From the IMG/VR virus record IMGVR_UViG_2706796076_000001: a stretch of DNA of 15,753 nucleotides. One strand, 5' to 3'. Numbering within the stretch: the stretch's first letter is position 1; every line of letters starts with the position of its first letter. Of this stretch, positions 1 to 7,642 are shown one piece after another. A model generated the notes under the pieces. The model was not told where the DNA came from. It did no database searches and saw only the letters and a program-made list of their open reading frames with translations. Position numbers and translations under genes: made by a program. Origin of the DNA: a virus (Duplodnaviria; Heunggongvirae; Uroviricota; Caudoviricetes; Herelleviridae).

Positions 1-139
1 TTTCTATTTGTTCTCTTGTGTAAAATCTTCTATTTGTAGGTGTTCTGTATGCTACTAATATTTTTTCTCTATCCCATCTTTGTAAAGTTTTTACTGTAAC
101 TCCTAATATTTTTGATACTTCTTTAGGTTTTAGTGCCAT
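1..139 (-). mobile_element. tnpA: 5' part of IS607-family transposase TnpA (MerR-type HTH of a serine recombinase), running off the left edge of the window
   Basis: Not in the ORF track. Manual translation from ATG at 139 (RBS GAAAGGT) gives MALKPKEVSKILGVTVKTLQRWDREKKLVAYRTPTNRRFYTREQIE..., the typical IS607 TnpA N-terminus. The catalytic domain and any tnpB lie outside the window. Confidence 0.72.
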
Positions 140-173
140 AAAAAAATCAAACCTTTCTTTTATAGTATGTCTA

Positions 174-183
174 TAATATAACA
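174..183 (-). promoter_or_regulatory. Late-type promoter motif TGTTATATTA upstream of tnpA
   Basis: Exact TGTTATATTA on the minus strand, 35 nt before the ATG; the same motif occurs at 2027, 11109 and 14639. Confidence 0.5.
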
Positions 184-220
184 CTTATTTACACATTTAC
201 ACACATTTTTTTGTAAAAAA

Positions 221-250
221 AATAAACAAGGGTTTTATCCCTTGTTTATT
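221..250 (-). terminator. Intrinsic terminator after the IsaA-like gene
   Basis: 12-bp perfect stem AATAAACAAGGG/CCCTTGTTTATT with a 6-nt loop, followed by a U-run on the minus strand. Confidence 0.85.
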
Positions 251-265
251 ACTAATTTATTTAAT

Positions 266-928
266 TTACATTCCCCATGCACTTAGACCCTGTGAATTAA
301 AGGCTCTTACTGCTGAATTTACTTGGTCTGACACGGTTGCTGTACTACCATGAACAGGCATTGTCTGTAGCAATCCGTGTGCACCTGAAGGGTTATGTGC
401 GTTAGGGTCTCCATTAGATTCTCTAGCAATGATGTGCTCCCAAGTTGAAGCTGACACGCCTGTGCGTTTAGCCATTTCTTGAGCTACTCTTGAACCAGTA
501 GCACCTGGTGTGTTACCATTTGCTAATTTAACTGATGAAGTTGATTGAGCTGGTGTATTATAAGATTTAACAACTTCGTCTCGTTTAACTACTTCTTTTG
601 TAGGTGCTTGTTCTTGTTTAGCTACTGTATTAGAACTAGTAGCTTTAGGATTAGGTGTTAAATGGTCTTGTGTTGGATTTTCTACTAAAGTATTATGCCA
701 TTCATATCCAAAGTAAGTACCATCACTATAGAAATGATAATTAATACCTTCTCGTGTAAAATTATAATCGTATGCTCCTGCATGTACTGGATGTTGTACT
801 AATTCAGGGCTATTATGTTGAGCTTTATTAGCTAAATCTTCAAAATTAACTTCACTAGCATCTGCTGAGTGTCCTACTGTAAATAATGCTCCTGCTACTA
901 CAATTGGAGCTACTAATTTTTTAAACAT
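266..928 (-). CDS. isaA: IsaA-like secreted lytic transglycosylase (220 aa)
   Basis: Start moved to ATG at 928 (MFKKLV; RBS GAAAGGA). It has a signal peptide ending in ADA, an IsaA-like N-domain (GAYDYNF..Y.F.SDG), a low-complexity linker, and the C-terminal SLT-like motif NGNTPGATGS...TGVSASTWEHIIARESNG..NAHNPSGAHGLLQTM...AWG. Confidence 0.88.
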   Translation of the reverse strand: MFKKLVAPIVVAGALFTVGHSADASEVNFEDLANKAQHNSPELVQHPVHAGAYDYNFTREGINYHFYSDGTYFGYEWHNTLVENPTQDHLTPNPKATSSNTVAKQEQAPTKEVVKRDEVVKSYNTPAQSTSSVKLANGNTPGATGSRVAQEMAKRTGVSASTWEHIIARESNGDPNAHNPSGAHGLLQTMPVHGSTATVSDQVNSAVRAFNSQGLSAWGM

Positions 929-968
929 AAAATAAAAATCCTTTCGTTCTTCAAATTTTCTACTGTAC

Positions 969-978
969 CAATATAACA
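969..978 (-). promoter_or_regulatory. Late-type promoter variant TGTTATATTG for the IsaA-like gene
   Basis: One mismatch to TGTTATATTA; lies between the upstream terminator and the RBS. Confidence 0.45.
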
Positions 979-1027
979 TAAAATTATTACAAAGAAGTAA
1001 CAAAAACATTAAGCGTCTATTAAATAC

Positions 1028-1053
1028 TAAAGGACTAAATTAATAGTCCTTTA
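1028..1053 (-). terminator. Probable intrinsic terminator
   Basis: 10-bp perfect stem TAAAGGACTA/TAGTCCTTTA right at the stop codon of the 1051-1203 ORF. Confidence 0.6.
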
Positions 1054-1203
1054 AATATTATTTAAATGTATATGGTCGCCTTTATTAAAATCAATATCTG
1101 AATAAGTATCTATATCATCTTGTTCTAATACAGATTTATAGTAATGTCTATATACTAAAGAACCTAAAACAATCACACTCAATAAAATAATAATTTTTTT
1201 CAT
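1051..1203 (-). CDS. Small membrane-anchored protein (50 aa), missed by the ORF track
   Basis: RBS GAGGT then ATG; translates as MKKIIILLSVIVLGSLVYRHYYKSVLEQDDIDTYSDIDFNKGDHIHLNNI*, with an N-terminal hydrophobic helix and acidic tail. Confidence 0.7.
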   Translation of the reverse strand: MKKIIILLSVIVLGSLVYRHYYKSVLEQDDIDTYSDIDFNKGDHIHLNNI

Positions 1204-1206
1204 ATA

Positions 1207-1533
1207 CTATACCTCATCTAACATTCTATCAATATCTATTTTTTGATTAAATGTTTTAAAATAGTGTTTTTGTATTTCTATTTTTATACATTTAATTATA
1301 TATTTATACATATTTTCTATAGAATCATTATTTAATAACTTTTCTAAGTCAATTTGAACTGAAATAAAGTGACCTTCTAATCTTATATAAGCTATATAGA
1401 AGTTTTTAACCCCTTCGTCAGTGGCGTGTGTTGTAACATTATGGTATACTACATCGTAATTACTTAAACTGTTAAAGGTAGACTTACATAAATAGATTAA
1501 ATTATTGAATGTTTGACTATCCAAGTGAGTCAC
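1207..1533 (-). CDS. Hypothetical protein
   Basis: ORF track; overlaps the upstream stop. An in-frame TTG at 1524, preceded by GGTG, is an alternative start. Confidence 0.7.
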   Translation of the reverse strand: MTHLDSQTFNNLIYLCKSTFNSLSNYDVVYHNVTTHATDEGVKNFYIAYIRLEGHFISVQIDLEKLLNNDSIENMYKYIIKCIKIEIQKHYFKTFNQKIDIDRMLDEV

Positions 1534-1933
1534 CTGTTAAGAAAAAGTTATGCAATCTTAAGTAGTAATTTTTAATTTTACTGATTTCTTTTGCTTCTTC
1601 ATCTTTTCTACCTAATCTTGTAGTATACTTAACAATATTAAACACCATAGAACTAACAAAAGATTCAGCTGTAAATTGCTCTTCTAAGAACGATATAACA
1701 TCTTTTGTTCCTGAATAGTGGCTAGGAATTTCTATATTTGTTTCTTTACCATAATTAATTTCTAAAATATGGATGTATTCTTTTAAGTCATCAAATAACT
1801 TTTCTAATTCTCTGAAATTATCTAAGTTTACTTTTGTAATCTCAATACTTGTATTAATAATACTTTCTTTTAACTTCTGTTTATCCTTATACTCTGATTT
1901 AGGTTGTCCTTCTAAGAATTCTTTAATATCCAT
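1517..1933 (-). CDS. DUF3310-like phage protein
   Basis: RBS GGAGGT; the C-terminal motif PSHYSG..DVI.F...F....FNIVKY..RLGRK....EI.KI..Y resembles DUF3310. Confidence 0.65.
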   Translation of the reverse strand: MDIKEFLEGQPKSEYKDKQKLKESIINTSIEITKVNLDNFRELEKLFDDLKEYIHILEINYGKETNIEIPSHYSGTKDVISFLEEQFTAESFVSSMVFNIVKYTTRLGRKDEEAKEISKIKNYYLRLHNFFLTGDSLG

Positions 1934-1958
1934 AATATACCTCCAATATAAAATAAAA

Positions 1959-1982
1959 CCCTTACTACAAAAGTAATAAGGG
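1959..1982 (-). terminator. Intrinsic terminator between mazG-like and DUF3310 genes
   Basis: Minus-strand RNA CCCUUAUUAC-UUUU-GUAGUAAGGG (10 bp, one U-G pair) followed by UUUUAUUUU. Confidence 0.7.
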
Positions 1983-2026
1983 AAAAGGAAAGATATTATG
2001 GAATGTATAAATTATTTATACACCCA

Positions 2027-2036
2027 TAATATAACA
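2027..2036 (-). promoter_or_regulatory. Late-type promoter motif TGTTATATTA
   Basis: Exact intergenic copy of the recurring motif. Confidence 0.55.
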
Positions 2037-2055
2037 ATTTCTATCCGATTTAACC

Positions 2056-2358
2056 TTATTTAAGGTCTTCACTTTTAACAAAGATTCCGTCTTTCATTTC
2101 ACCTGTTCTACCTTTAATCTCCCCATAAGCGGTCGATAAGCAATCTTCTACTTTTAGTCCTTGCTGTTGTGCTAAAATAATTAAGGTTACGATTGTGTCT
2201 CCGATACCATCTTCAAGTAATTCTTTATCTGCTCTAGCTAAAGCTGAAGCTACCTCTCCTACTTCCTCGAGTACCTTAGCTAACTGTCTAAAGCTATCAG
2301 ACTTATTTAATCCTTTATTTTTAGACCATTCTTCTACTAGTTTAACTAATTTATCCAT
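2056..2358 (-). CDS. MazG-like nucleotide pyrophosphohydrolase
   Basis: All-alpha NTP-PPase pattern QLAKVLEEVGEVA...EDGIGDTIVTLIILAQQ.G...EDCL..AY.EIK.R.G; RBS AAGGAG. Confidence 0.85.
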   Translation of the reverse strand: MDKLVKLVEEWSKNKGLNKSDSFRQLAKVLEEVGEVASALARADKELLEDGIGDTIVTLIILAQQQGLKVEDCLSTAYGEIKGRTGEMKDGIFVKSEDLK

Positions 2359-2392
2359 ATTTATATCTCCTTTTTTTATTTATTACTTTTTA

Positions 2393-2421
2393 AGTATACC
2401 ATAGCTATTCATTTTTGTCAA
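2393..2421 (-). promoter_or_regulatory. Sigma-A (early) promoter
   Basis: TTGACA-N17-TATACT with extended TG on the minus strand. Confidence 0.8.
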
Positions 2422-2572
2422 CTATAATACCTTTAGAAATTTTGTATTTTGATTGTATATGGTTATATAGCTCTCTCATACCTTCATAATTTCTCATATC
2501 ATCTTGTAATGTCTCTAAGTAGTCTAATAATAACTTAGTTTCATCTTGAGTTAATGTGATAAGTGGTTTCAA
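2405..2572 (-). CDS. Small hypothetical protein (55 aa), missed by the ORF track
   Basis: RBS GAGAGGT then TTG; translates as MKPLITLTQDETKLLLDYLETLQDDMRNYEGMRELYNHIQSKYKISKGIIVDKNE*; directly downstream of a consensus promoter. Confidence 0.72.
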   Translation of the reverse strand: MKPLITLTQDETKLLLDYLETLQDDMRNYEGMRELYNHIQSKYKISKGIIVDKNE

Positions 2573-2646
2573 TTAAATCTACCTCTCTATAATTTTTTAA
2601 GCAACTTTATCATTATTAAATTGCTCTTTATTTATCTTATGTATAT

Positions 2647-2675
2647 ATTATAACATTTACTACTTAAGTTGTCAA
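2647..2675 (-). promoter_or_regulatory. Sigma-A (early) promoter
   Basis: Perfect TTGACA-N17-TATAAT with extended TG. Confidence 0.88.
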
Positions 2676-2683
2676 TAAAAAAA

Positions 2684-2707
2684 AGAAGAACTTTTTAAAG
2701 TTCTTCT
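2684..2707 (-). terminator. Intrinsic terminator
   Basis: 10-bp stem AGAAGAACTT/AAGTTCTTCT followed by a U-run on the minus strand. Confidence 0.75.
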
Positions 2708-2961
2708 GTAGTAATAGTAGTCGTTTTAGTTGTAACTTTATTTACAGGTATTACTGATTTATTTGTTATTAAAGTTAAATATTTAGTTGAGTTTTTAAAA
2801 TTAATTGTATTAGGCATAGATAAAGCACATTTAATATCTTTAGTGTATTCAATAGGTATATTGTCTTCATCTACACTTTTAATATACATATTATTAATAG
2901 TACTTAAAAATATAATCTCATTATTTGAAATTACTTCCGTTTTACTTACTTCGTCTTTCAC
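2695..2961 (-). CDS. Hypothetical protein
   Basis: ORF track; GTG start, tightly packed with its neighbours. Confidence 0.65.
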   Translation of the reverse strand: MKDEVSKTEVISNNEIIFLSTINNMYIKSVDEDNIPIEYTKDIKCALSMPNTINFKNSTKYLTLITNKSVIPVNKVTTKTTTITTEEL

Positions 2962-3577
2962 TTATATATACCCCACTTTTATAGTAATAATTAGACATAA
3001 AATAACAAATTAATATTAAAATAAAATTAATTAATTCTGTTATAATAATATGATTAGACACATCAGTTAAAACCATACTTGTAACTAAACTTAATAAACC
3101 TACACCTATAAGTAAGTATAACCATTTATTAGTACCGCTAGAAGATTTAGATTTAACAAATTTATATATTTGTCCTACATAAGCTAGTACAATAGATACA
3201 CTAGCTACTGTTTGTGTAATTTCTATACTAGTTAATAATCCTAAAAATAAATATAATGCTAATAAGAATATAACTGTATAAACTATACCATGAAATTTAA
3301 ATTTACGATAATTAAGTACTAGTAAGCAAACAACACCTAAAAGAAAGTTTAAGAATATTGATACTACTTGAAATCGTGTTCCTCCAGTTAATATTATATT
3401 ATAAAAACTAATACCTACAGTTACACTTATTAAGTACCAAAAACTACTACTAACTCCATTTAGATTTTTATCTTTTACTAACGATATTAAAGCTGGTATA
3501 TACCCTACAATTACTAAAACACCATATAACATAGCAAGTAATAAAGGTATATCATTGTGTAATATTTGAGCTGTCAT
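2942..3577 (-). CDS. PQ-loop-repeat membrane protein (transporter-like)
   Basis: About 7 hydrophobic segments; two related repeats GYIPAL.SLVKDK...GVS and AYVGQIYKFVKSK...GTN resemble PQ-loop motifs; RBS AGAGGAG. Confidence 0.65.
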   Translation of the reverse strand: MTAQILHNDIPLLLAMLYGVLVIVGYIPALISLVKDKNLNGVSSSFWYLISVTVGISFYNIILTGGTRFQVVSIFLNFLLGVVCLLVLNYRKFKFHGIVYTVIFLLALYLFLGLLTSIEITQTVASVSIVLAYVGQIYKFVKSKSSSGTNKWLYLLIGVGLLSLVTSMVLTDVSNHIIITELINFILILICYFMSNYYYKSGVYISERRSK

Positions 3578-3615
3578 AACGTCTCCTCTATTCTTTTTTT
3601 ATTTCTTAATATAAT

Positions 3616-3644
3616 AAAAGAGTAATCAAAATGATTACTCTTTT
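3616..3644 (-). terminator. Intrinsic terminator
   Basis: 13-bp perfect inverted repeat AAAAGAGTAATCA/TGATTACTCTTTT. Confidence 0.8.
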
Positions 3645-3647
3645 GAC

Positions 3648-3950
3648 CTACTTTGTAATTAAAGTTTTAGCTTCTTGCAAAGCAAAGTAACTAGGATTTA
3701 CAATATGAGCTAAACCATATATAGATAAAGATATACATAATACACCTAACAATACGTATGTTATAATTGTATTTGAAGTTGTTAGTTTCAAATTAAATCT
3801 GTACCATAGTAAATAAATTACAAAAGCTACAACTAAACCTACTAGTAAAAATAGAATACCATTCCATATTTGTTGATGTACTAAAGCACTCCAACTATAC
3901 CCTAATGCATTGGATACTTTTTCAATTACATTATTAGATACATTATCCAT
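3648..3950 (-). CDS. Membrane protein (2 TM)
   Basis: ORF track; two long hydrophobic helices. Confidence 0.75.
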   Translation of the reverse strand: MDNVSNNVIEKVSNALGYSWSALVHQQIWNGILFLLVGLVVAFVIYLLWYRFNLKLTTSNTIITYVLLGVLCISLSIYGLAHIVNPSYFALQEAKTLITK

Positions 3951-3951
3951 A

Positions 3952-4569
3952 TTAATTTCCTCCTAAGTATTCTAATTCTTCTTTAACTTCTTCCCAAGAC
4001 ATAAACCCTTTTCCATTTGTCAATTCTAGTATAACGCCATATAGAAATTGATTAAATGACACTTCTGTTCTATAAGGGTCATCATAAGTATGTCTGTTTC
4101 CTTCTCTAATATCAGAAGAATAAATGAGTACAGGTTTATCAATAATTTTTTGTTGCTCTTTAATTTCATCTAGTAATGTTTCTGCAACTTCTGTGATATT
4201 ACCTTCTACATCAGAATAATTAATATCTAAAATTTCTTTTAGTCTATCAATAGTAATTTGTGCTTGTCTTTTCATACCCAGTAAAATACTCAATTCTGAA
4301 ATCGTACCAGTAGCATGATTTAATACATCAAATGTAAAAATGTCACATTCTAGCATTGCATTATAGTCGTTGTTTAAGATTCTCTCAGCTAAACCTTCTT
4401 GTACAGCATTAGATTTATCATTAATTGATTTATCGTCACTAGGGGAATATGCTTCAATACCAATAATACCATCCAGTTCGTCACGTTGTTTACTTCTGTA
4501 TTCTACCATAGGGGTAGATAATAAGTCTCCTCCAAGATAAACCTTTTTATCTTTAATTTCATTTACCAT
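3952..4569 (-). CDS. Nucleoside 2-deoxyribosyltransferase-like protein
   Basis: KVYLGGDL...YSP...AERI...D..AMLECDIF.FDV....TGTISELSILLG matches the NDT/Rcl flavodoxin-like fold pattern; RBS AGGAGA. Confidence 0.75.
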   Translation of the reverse strand: MVNEIKDKKVYLGGDLLSTPMVEYRSKQRDELDGIIGIEAYSPSDDKSINDKSNAVQEGLAERILNNDYNAMLECDIFTFDVLNHATGTISELSILLGMKRQAQITIDRLKEILDINYSDVEGNITEVAETLLDEIKEQQKIIDKPVLIYSSDIREGNRHTYDDPYRTEVSFNQFLYGVILELTNGKGFMSWEEVKEELEYLGGN

Positions 4570-4582
4570 ATTTCATTCTCCT

Positions 4583-4843
4583 TTATAAATATTTTTTTGC
4601 ATATTCTGAATATTCATTAATATCTTTTACTCTAGGATATTTAATTATAGCTATAGCTATAATACCCATAGCTACAAAAGGACTAGCTATTAGTAAACCT
4701 ATTGTACCTACTGTTACTTGTAAGAAAAACATAACACTAGATACAACATACCATAAAGCAATTAGTATTAGTGTAATTAATGTAATCCATAATAACTTAG
4801 ACCAAAAATTACCTTTTTGAAATTTTAATGCAAGATTTTTCAT
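4583..4843 (-). CDS. Membrane protein (2 TM)
   Basis: ORF track; hydrophobic; RBS AAGGAG. Confidence 0.75.
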   Translation of the reverse strand: MKNLALKFQKGNFWSKLLWITLITLILIALWYVVSSVMFFLQVTVGTIGLLIASPFVAMGIIAIAIIKYPRVKDINEYSEYAKKYL

Positions 4844-4857
4844 TACTCTATACTCCT

Positions 4858-5100
4858 TTATTTTTTTAATACTTTATTTTTATCTTCTAATTCTAAATAT
4901 ATAGTATTTCTTTTAGGTTTTATGCTTATTAAATTTGACTCATAATTTTTAATACAATAATCTTTAAAGAAATTAAATGTATCTTCATATAAATATTGTA
5001 ATTCATCTTCACTATATCTGGTTTCATATTTTTCTATAAAACCGTAAGAATTAAGTACTAAGAAATTATCTGCATTTATTTTTGCTTTATTTAAATTCAT
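4858..5100 (-). CDS. Hypothetical protein (80 aa)
   Basis: Start moved to ATG at 5100, because the track's GTG at 5109 is part of the RBS GAGGTG. Confidence 0.72.
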   Translation of the reverse strand: MNLNKAKINADNFLVLNSYGFIEKYETRYSEDELQYLYEDTFNFFKDYCIKNYESNLISIKPKRNTIYLELEDKNKVLKK

Positions 5101-5129
5101 GTTAAACACCTCTTTATTAGTATAACCTA

Positions 5130-5158
5130 ATTATATACTAATAAATATAAGATGTCAA
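5130..5158 (-). promoter_or_regulatory. Sigma-A (early) promoter
   Basis: Perfect TTGACA-N17-TATAAT; the -35 box overlaps the HNH gene's TGA stop. Confidence 0.85.
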
Positions 5159-5931
5159 CACTTTTTTATCTCCATTTTTAAACTTCCATATCTTCCTATA
5201 TTTTTTAATGGTAAACCCATTTTTATAAATCGTTTTTTTATAGTAAATGTCGATATTCCTGTTTCCATAGCTATAACTCTTAAACTTTGATTTTTATTTA
5301 CATAATTATATAACCATTTATAGTAATAAAAACTATCTGGTATTTGTTTTATTTTATCATTATTAATTTGAGTGTATGATTTTCCTTTTACTAAATTTTC
5401 TGTTATATCTTTATAAGTTCTATCATGTCTTATATCATAGTGTGTGGTGTTAGTCAGAGAAGGATATTTTTCTTTTAATTCTTCTCTTGTTAATGCTGAA
5501 GTATAAATGTCAATAACTTCATCTTTAGTAAATAATCTACTAGTTTCTTTTTTGTTTTTATAATTTTTTACCCCTAAGGAGTGATGGGTATTTTCATAAG
5601 AATATACCCACTCTATATTTTTTATTCGGTTGTCGTTTCTTTTGCTATTTTTATGATTTATACAATTTCTATCATCTTTTTTGAGTAACATCATTTCTGC
5701 TATAGTTCTATGATAAAATATTTTTCCTTGATTATGTTTTTCCTTTTGTATATTGTTATAATAATACCCTTCTTTTACTTGTGTTGTTAATATTCTTTTA
5801 TATATGTTAGAGTATAATTTATTACCTTCTATATTTATATAATATCTTCCTTTTGTGCTATATACAGGGATAAAAATATAATCATCAATACTTTTTATAT
5901 TTATTGGCATAATTTGAGTTTCTAATTCCAT
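5155..5931 (-). CDS. Free-standing HNH homing endonuclease with C-terminal HTH-like modules
   Basis: YHRTIAEM......CINHKNSKRNDNRIKNIEWV..YEN..H is the phage HNH (HNH_3-type) motif; likely start ATG at 5931 behind TAAGGAAG. Confidence 0.85.
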   Translation of the reverse strand: MELETQIMPINIKSIDDYIFIPVYSTKGRYYINIEGNKLYSNIYKRILTTQVKEGYYYNNIQKEKHNQGKIFYHRTIAEMMLLKKDDRNCINHKNSKRNDNRIKNIEWVYSYENTHHSLGVKNYKNKKETSRLFTKDEVIDIYTSALTREELKEKYPSLTNTTHYDIRHDRTYKDITENLVKGKSYTQINNDKIKQIPDSFYYYKWLYNYVNKNQSLRVIAMETGISTFTIKKRFIKMGLPLKNIGRYGSLKMEIKKC

Positions 5932-5942
5932 ATTTATCTTCC

Positions 5943-6671
5943 TTACCATTCTAGAGAATCTGCCACTGTGCTTATTACCCCTCTGAAATTATGAGTAAAT
6001 TCGTGATGTTTAGCAAAATCATACTTTTTAAATAGTTCAATATAAGGTTCAAATCCAGATTTATTTCTTTTAATATCGGATTGCTCTGGCTGTCCTTCTA
6101 TAACAACTGTACAAGAATCATGCATACGAGTTAAAGTTTTCTTTAATTCCCCTCTTGTAAAATTTTGTGCTTCACTAATTATACATGTGGCATTTTGTAT
6201 ATTAGAACCTCTAAGGAAAGTATGAAGGGTTTGTGTAACAAAAGCACCATCTATTTTTTCCTTATCTACATTAGGGTCTAACTCTAATAATGTTTTGATT
6301 ACTTGCATAGGATTTAAATTTAATTCAATCAAAGCATCATGTAAAGGAGAAAAATAGTCTAAAGCTTTAGTGTTTAAATCTCCTGGTCTATGACCTACAG
6401 AATTTTCTTCTGCTGGACTCATAATAAACATGATTTCTTTTCCTTTGTTTAAATAATCTGCATAAGCACAAACAATACTTGTAAAAGTTTTTGCACTTCC
6501 ACTCTTTGATGAGTTAGTTAAAACTAAAACTTCATCATTAAAGAAGTCCTCACAAAACTGTAATTGTTCTTGTGTAGCTTTATTTAAAAATTCATTAAAT
6601 ACTATATGTTCTAACATATTATATCTAACATTAGGATACTCTCTTAATTTATATTCTAATTCTTTTGACAT
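5943..6671 (-). CDS. phoH: PhoH-like ATPase
   Basis: Walker-A-like SKSGSAKT, G.RPGDL..K...Y, T.LRG......IISEAQN.T..ELK..LTR.......VIEGQ..QSD. Confidence 0.92.
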   Translation of the reverse strand: MSKELEYKLREYPNVRYNMLEHIVFNEFLNKATQEQLQFCEDFFNDEVLVLTNSSKSGSAKTFTSIVCAYADYLNKGKEIMFIMSPAEENSVGHRPGDLNTKALDYFSPLHDALIELNLNPMQVIKTLLELDPNVDKEKIDGAFVTQTLHTFLRGSNIQNATCIISEAQNFTRGELKKTLTRMHDSCTVVIEGQPEQSDIKRNKSGFEPYIELFKKYDFAKHHEFTHNFRGVISTVADSLEW

Positions 6672-6698
6672 CGAAGTTCCACCTTAAAAATTATTTTT

Positions 6699-7211
6699 TT
6701 AGTTACTTAAATATTTATCTAATTGAAAATCTAAAATAACATTTTCAGTTCTACCTCTAGACAATCCTGTGTAAATAATCTCTTCAACATCATCTACATC
6801 ATACATTACATCTGAAATAAAACCTAATACAGAATCGTTATCAATAGTTACTATTTCATAACTTGTTTTTAATAAAATATCTCCTTGAGGTAATACTTCT
6901 TTTACTAAATTAATATATTCTTTTTCTTTAATAGTGAAAGTAGTATTACCTAGCTCTTCTCTTGTAACATGTGTTAAATGTTTAACAGTATCTCCTACTT
7001 CTTTATAAAAACCTACTGCGTTTTTATCTTTATTGTATTTAGCAATAAACTTACCATCATCACTAACTAAATATCTATTAATAGCATTAATATCATTATT
7101 ATCTTCTACATTTAATGGTAAATTATTATTTTGAATGTAATTACTAACCTTTTCTACATCACTCGTTCTTATTAATTTTTCAAATTTAACAACTGGATTA
7201 ATTTTTCTCAT
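6699..7211 (-). CDS. Hypothetical phage protein
   Basis: ORF track; RBS AAGGAG. Confidence 0.8.
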   Translation of the reverse strand: MRKINPVVKFEKLIRTSDVEKVSNYIQNNNLPLNVEDNNDINAINRYLVSDDGKFIAKYNKDKNAVGFYKEVGDTVKHLTHVTREELGNTTFTIKEKEYINLVKEVLPQGDILLKTSYEIVTIDNDSVLGFISDVMYDVDDVEEIIYTGLSRGRTENVILDFQLDKYLSN

Positions 7212-7225
7212 AACTTTTTCTCCTT

Positions 7226-7642
7226 TTATTTTATAGATTTTTTTGCAAGTTTATCAGCGTACTCATTCCACTTATCGTTTGAGTGTGCTTTAACTTTAAT
7301 AAAATTAAAATCAATAAATTTACCATATTCTCTTAACATATTAACGTATAATTTAGTAAAATTATTTTTTGTACGCCATGTTCCATCATACCACTTAATT
7401 AATCCGATATAATCTACATGTATTTCTACTTGTTTGACACCTAGTTCTATACACTTTTCTATACCGTAACAACAAGCTAGTATTTCACCTGCAACATTAT
7501 TATACTTTAAGAGTTCTGGTTTGTCAACTTCCTTACTTATTTCTGATAAAATGTTATTACTATTATCTACAATTACTGCACCTGTTCCAACTTTACCTAA
7601 TTTATAGTTAGAACTACCGTCTGTGTATAATTTAGCTTGCAT
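7226..7642 (-). CDS. rnhA: Ribonuclease H
   Basis: LYTDGS...GTGAVI...NNVAGEILA...IHVDYIGL..W...FIKVKAHS..KWNE.AD.LAK; start moved to ATG at 7642 (RBS AGAGGT). Confidence 0.92.
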   Translation of the reverse strand: MQAKLYTDGSSNYKLGKVGTGAVIVDNSNNILSEISKEVDKPELLKYNNVAGEILACCYGIEKCIELGVKQVEIHVDYIGLIKWYDGTWRTKNNFTKLYVNMLREYGKFIDFNFIKVKAHSNDKWNEYADKLAKKSIK

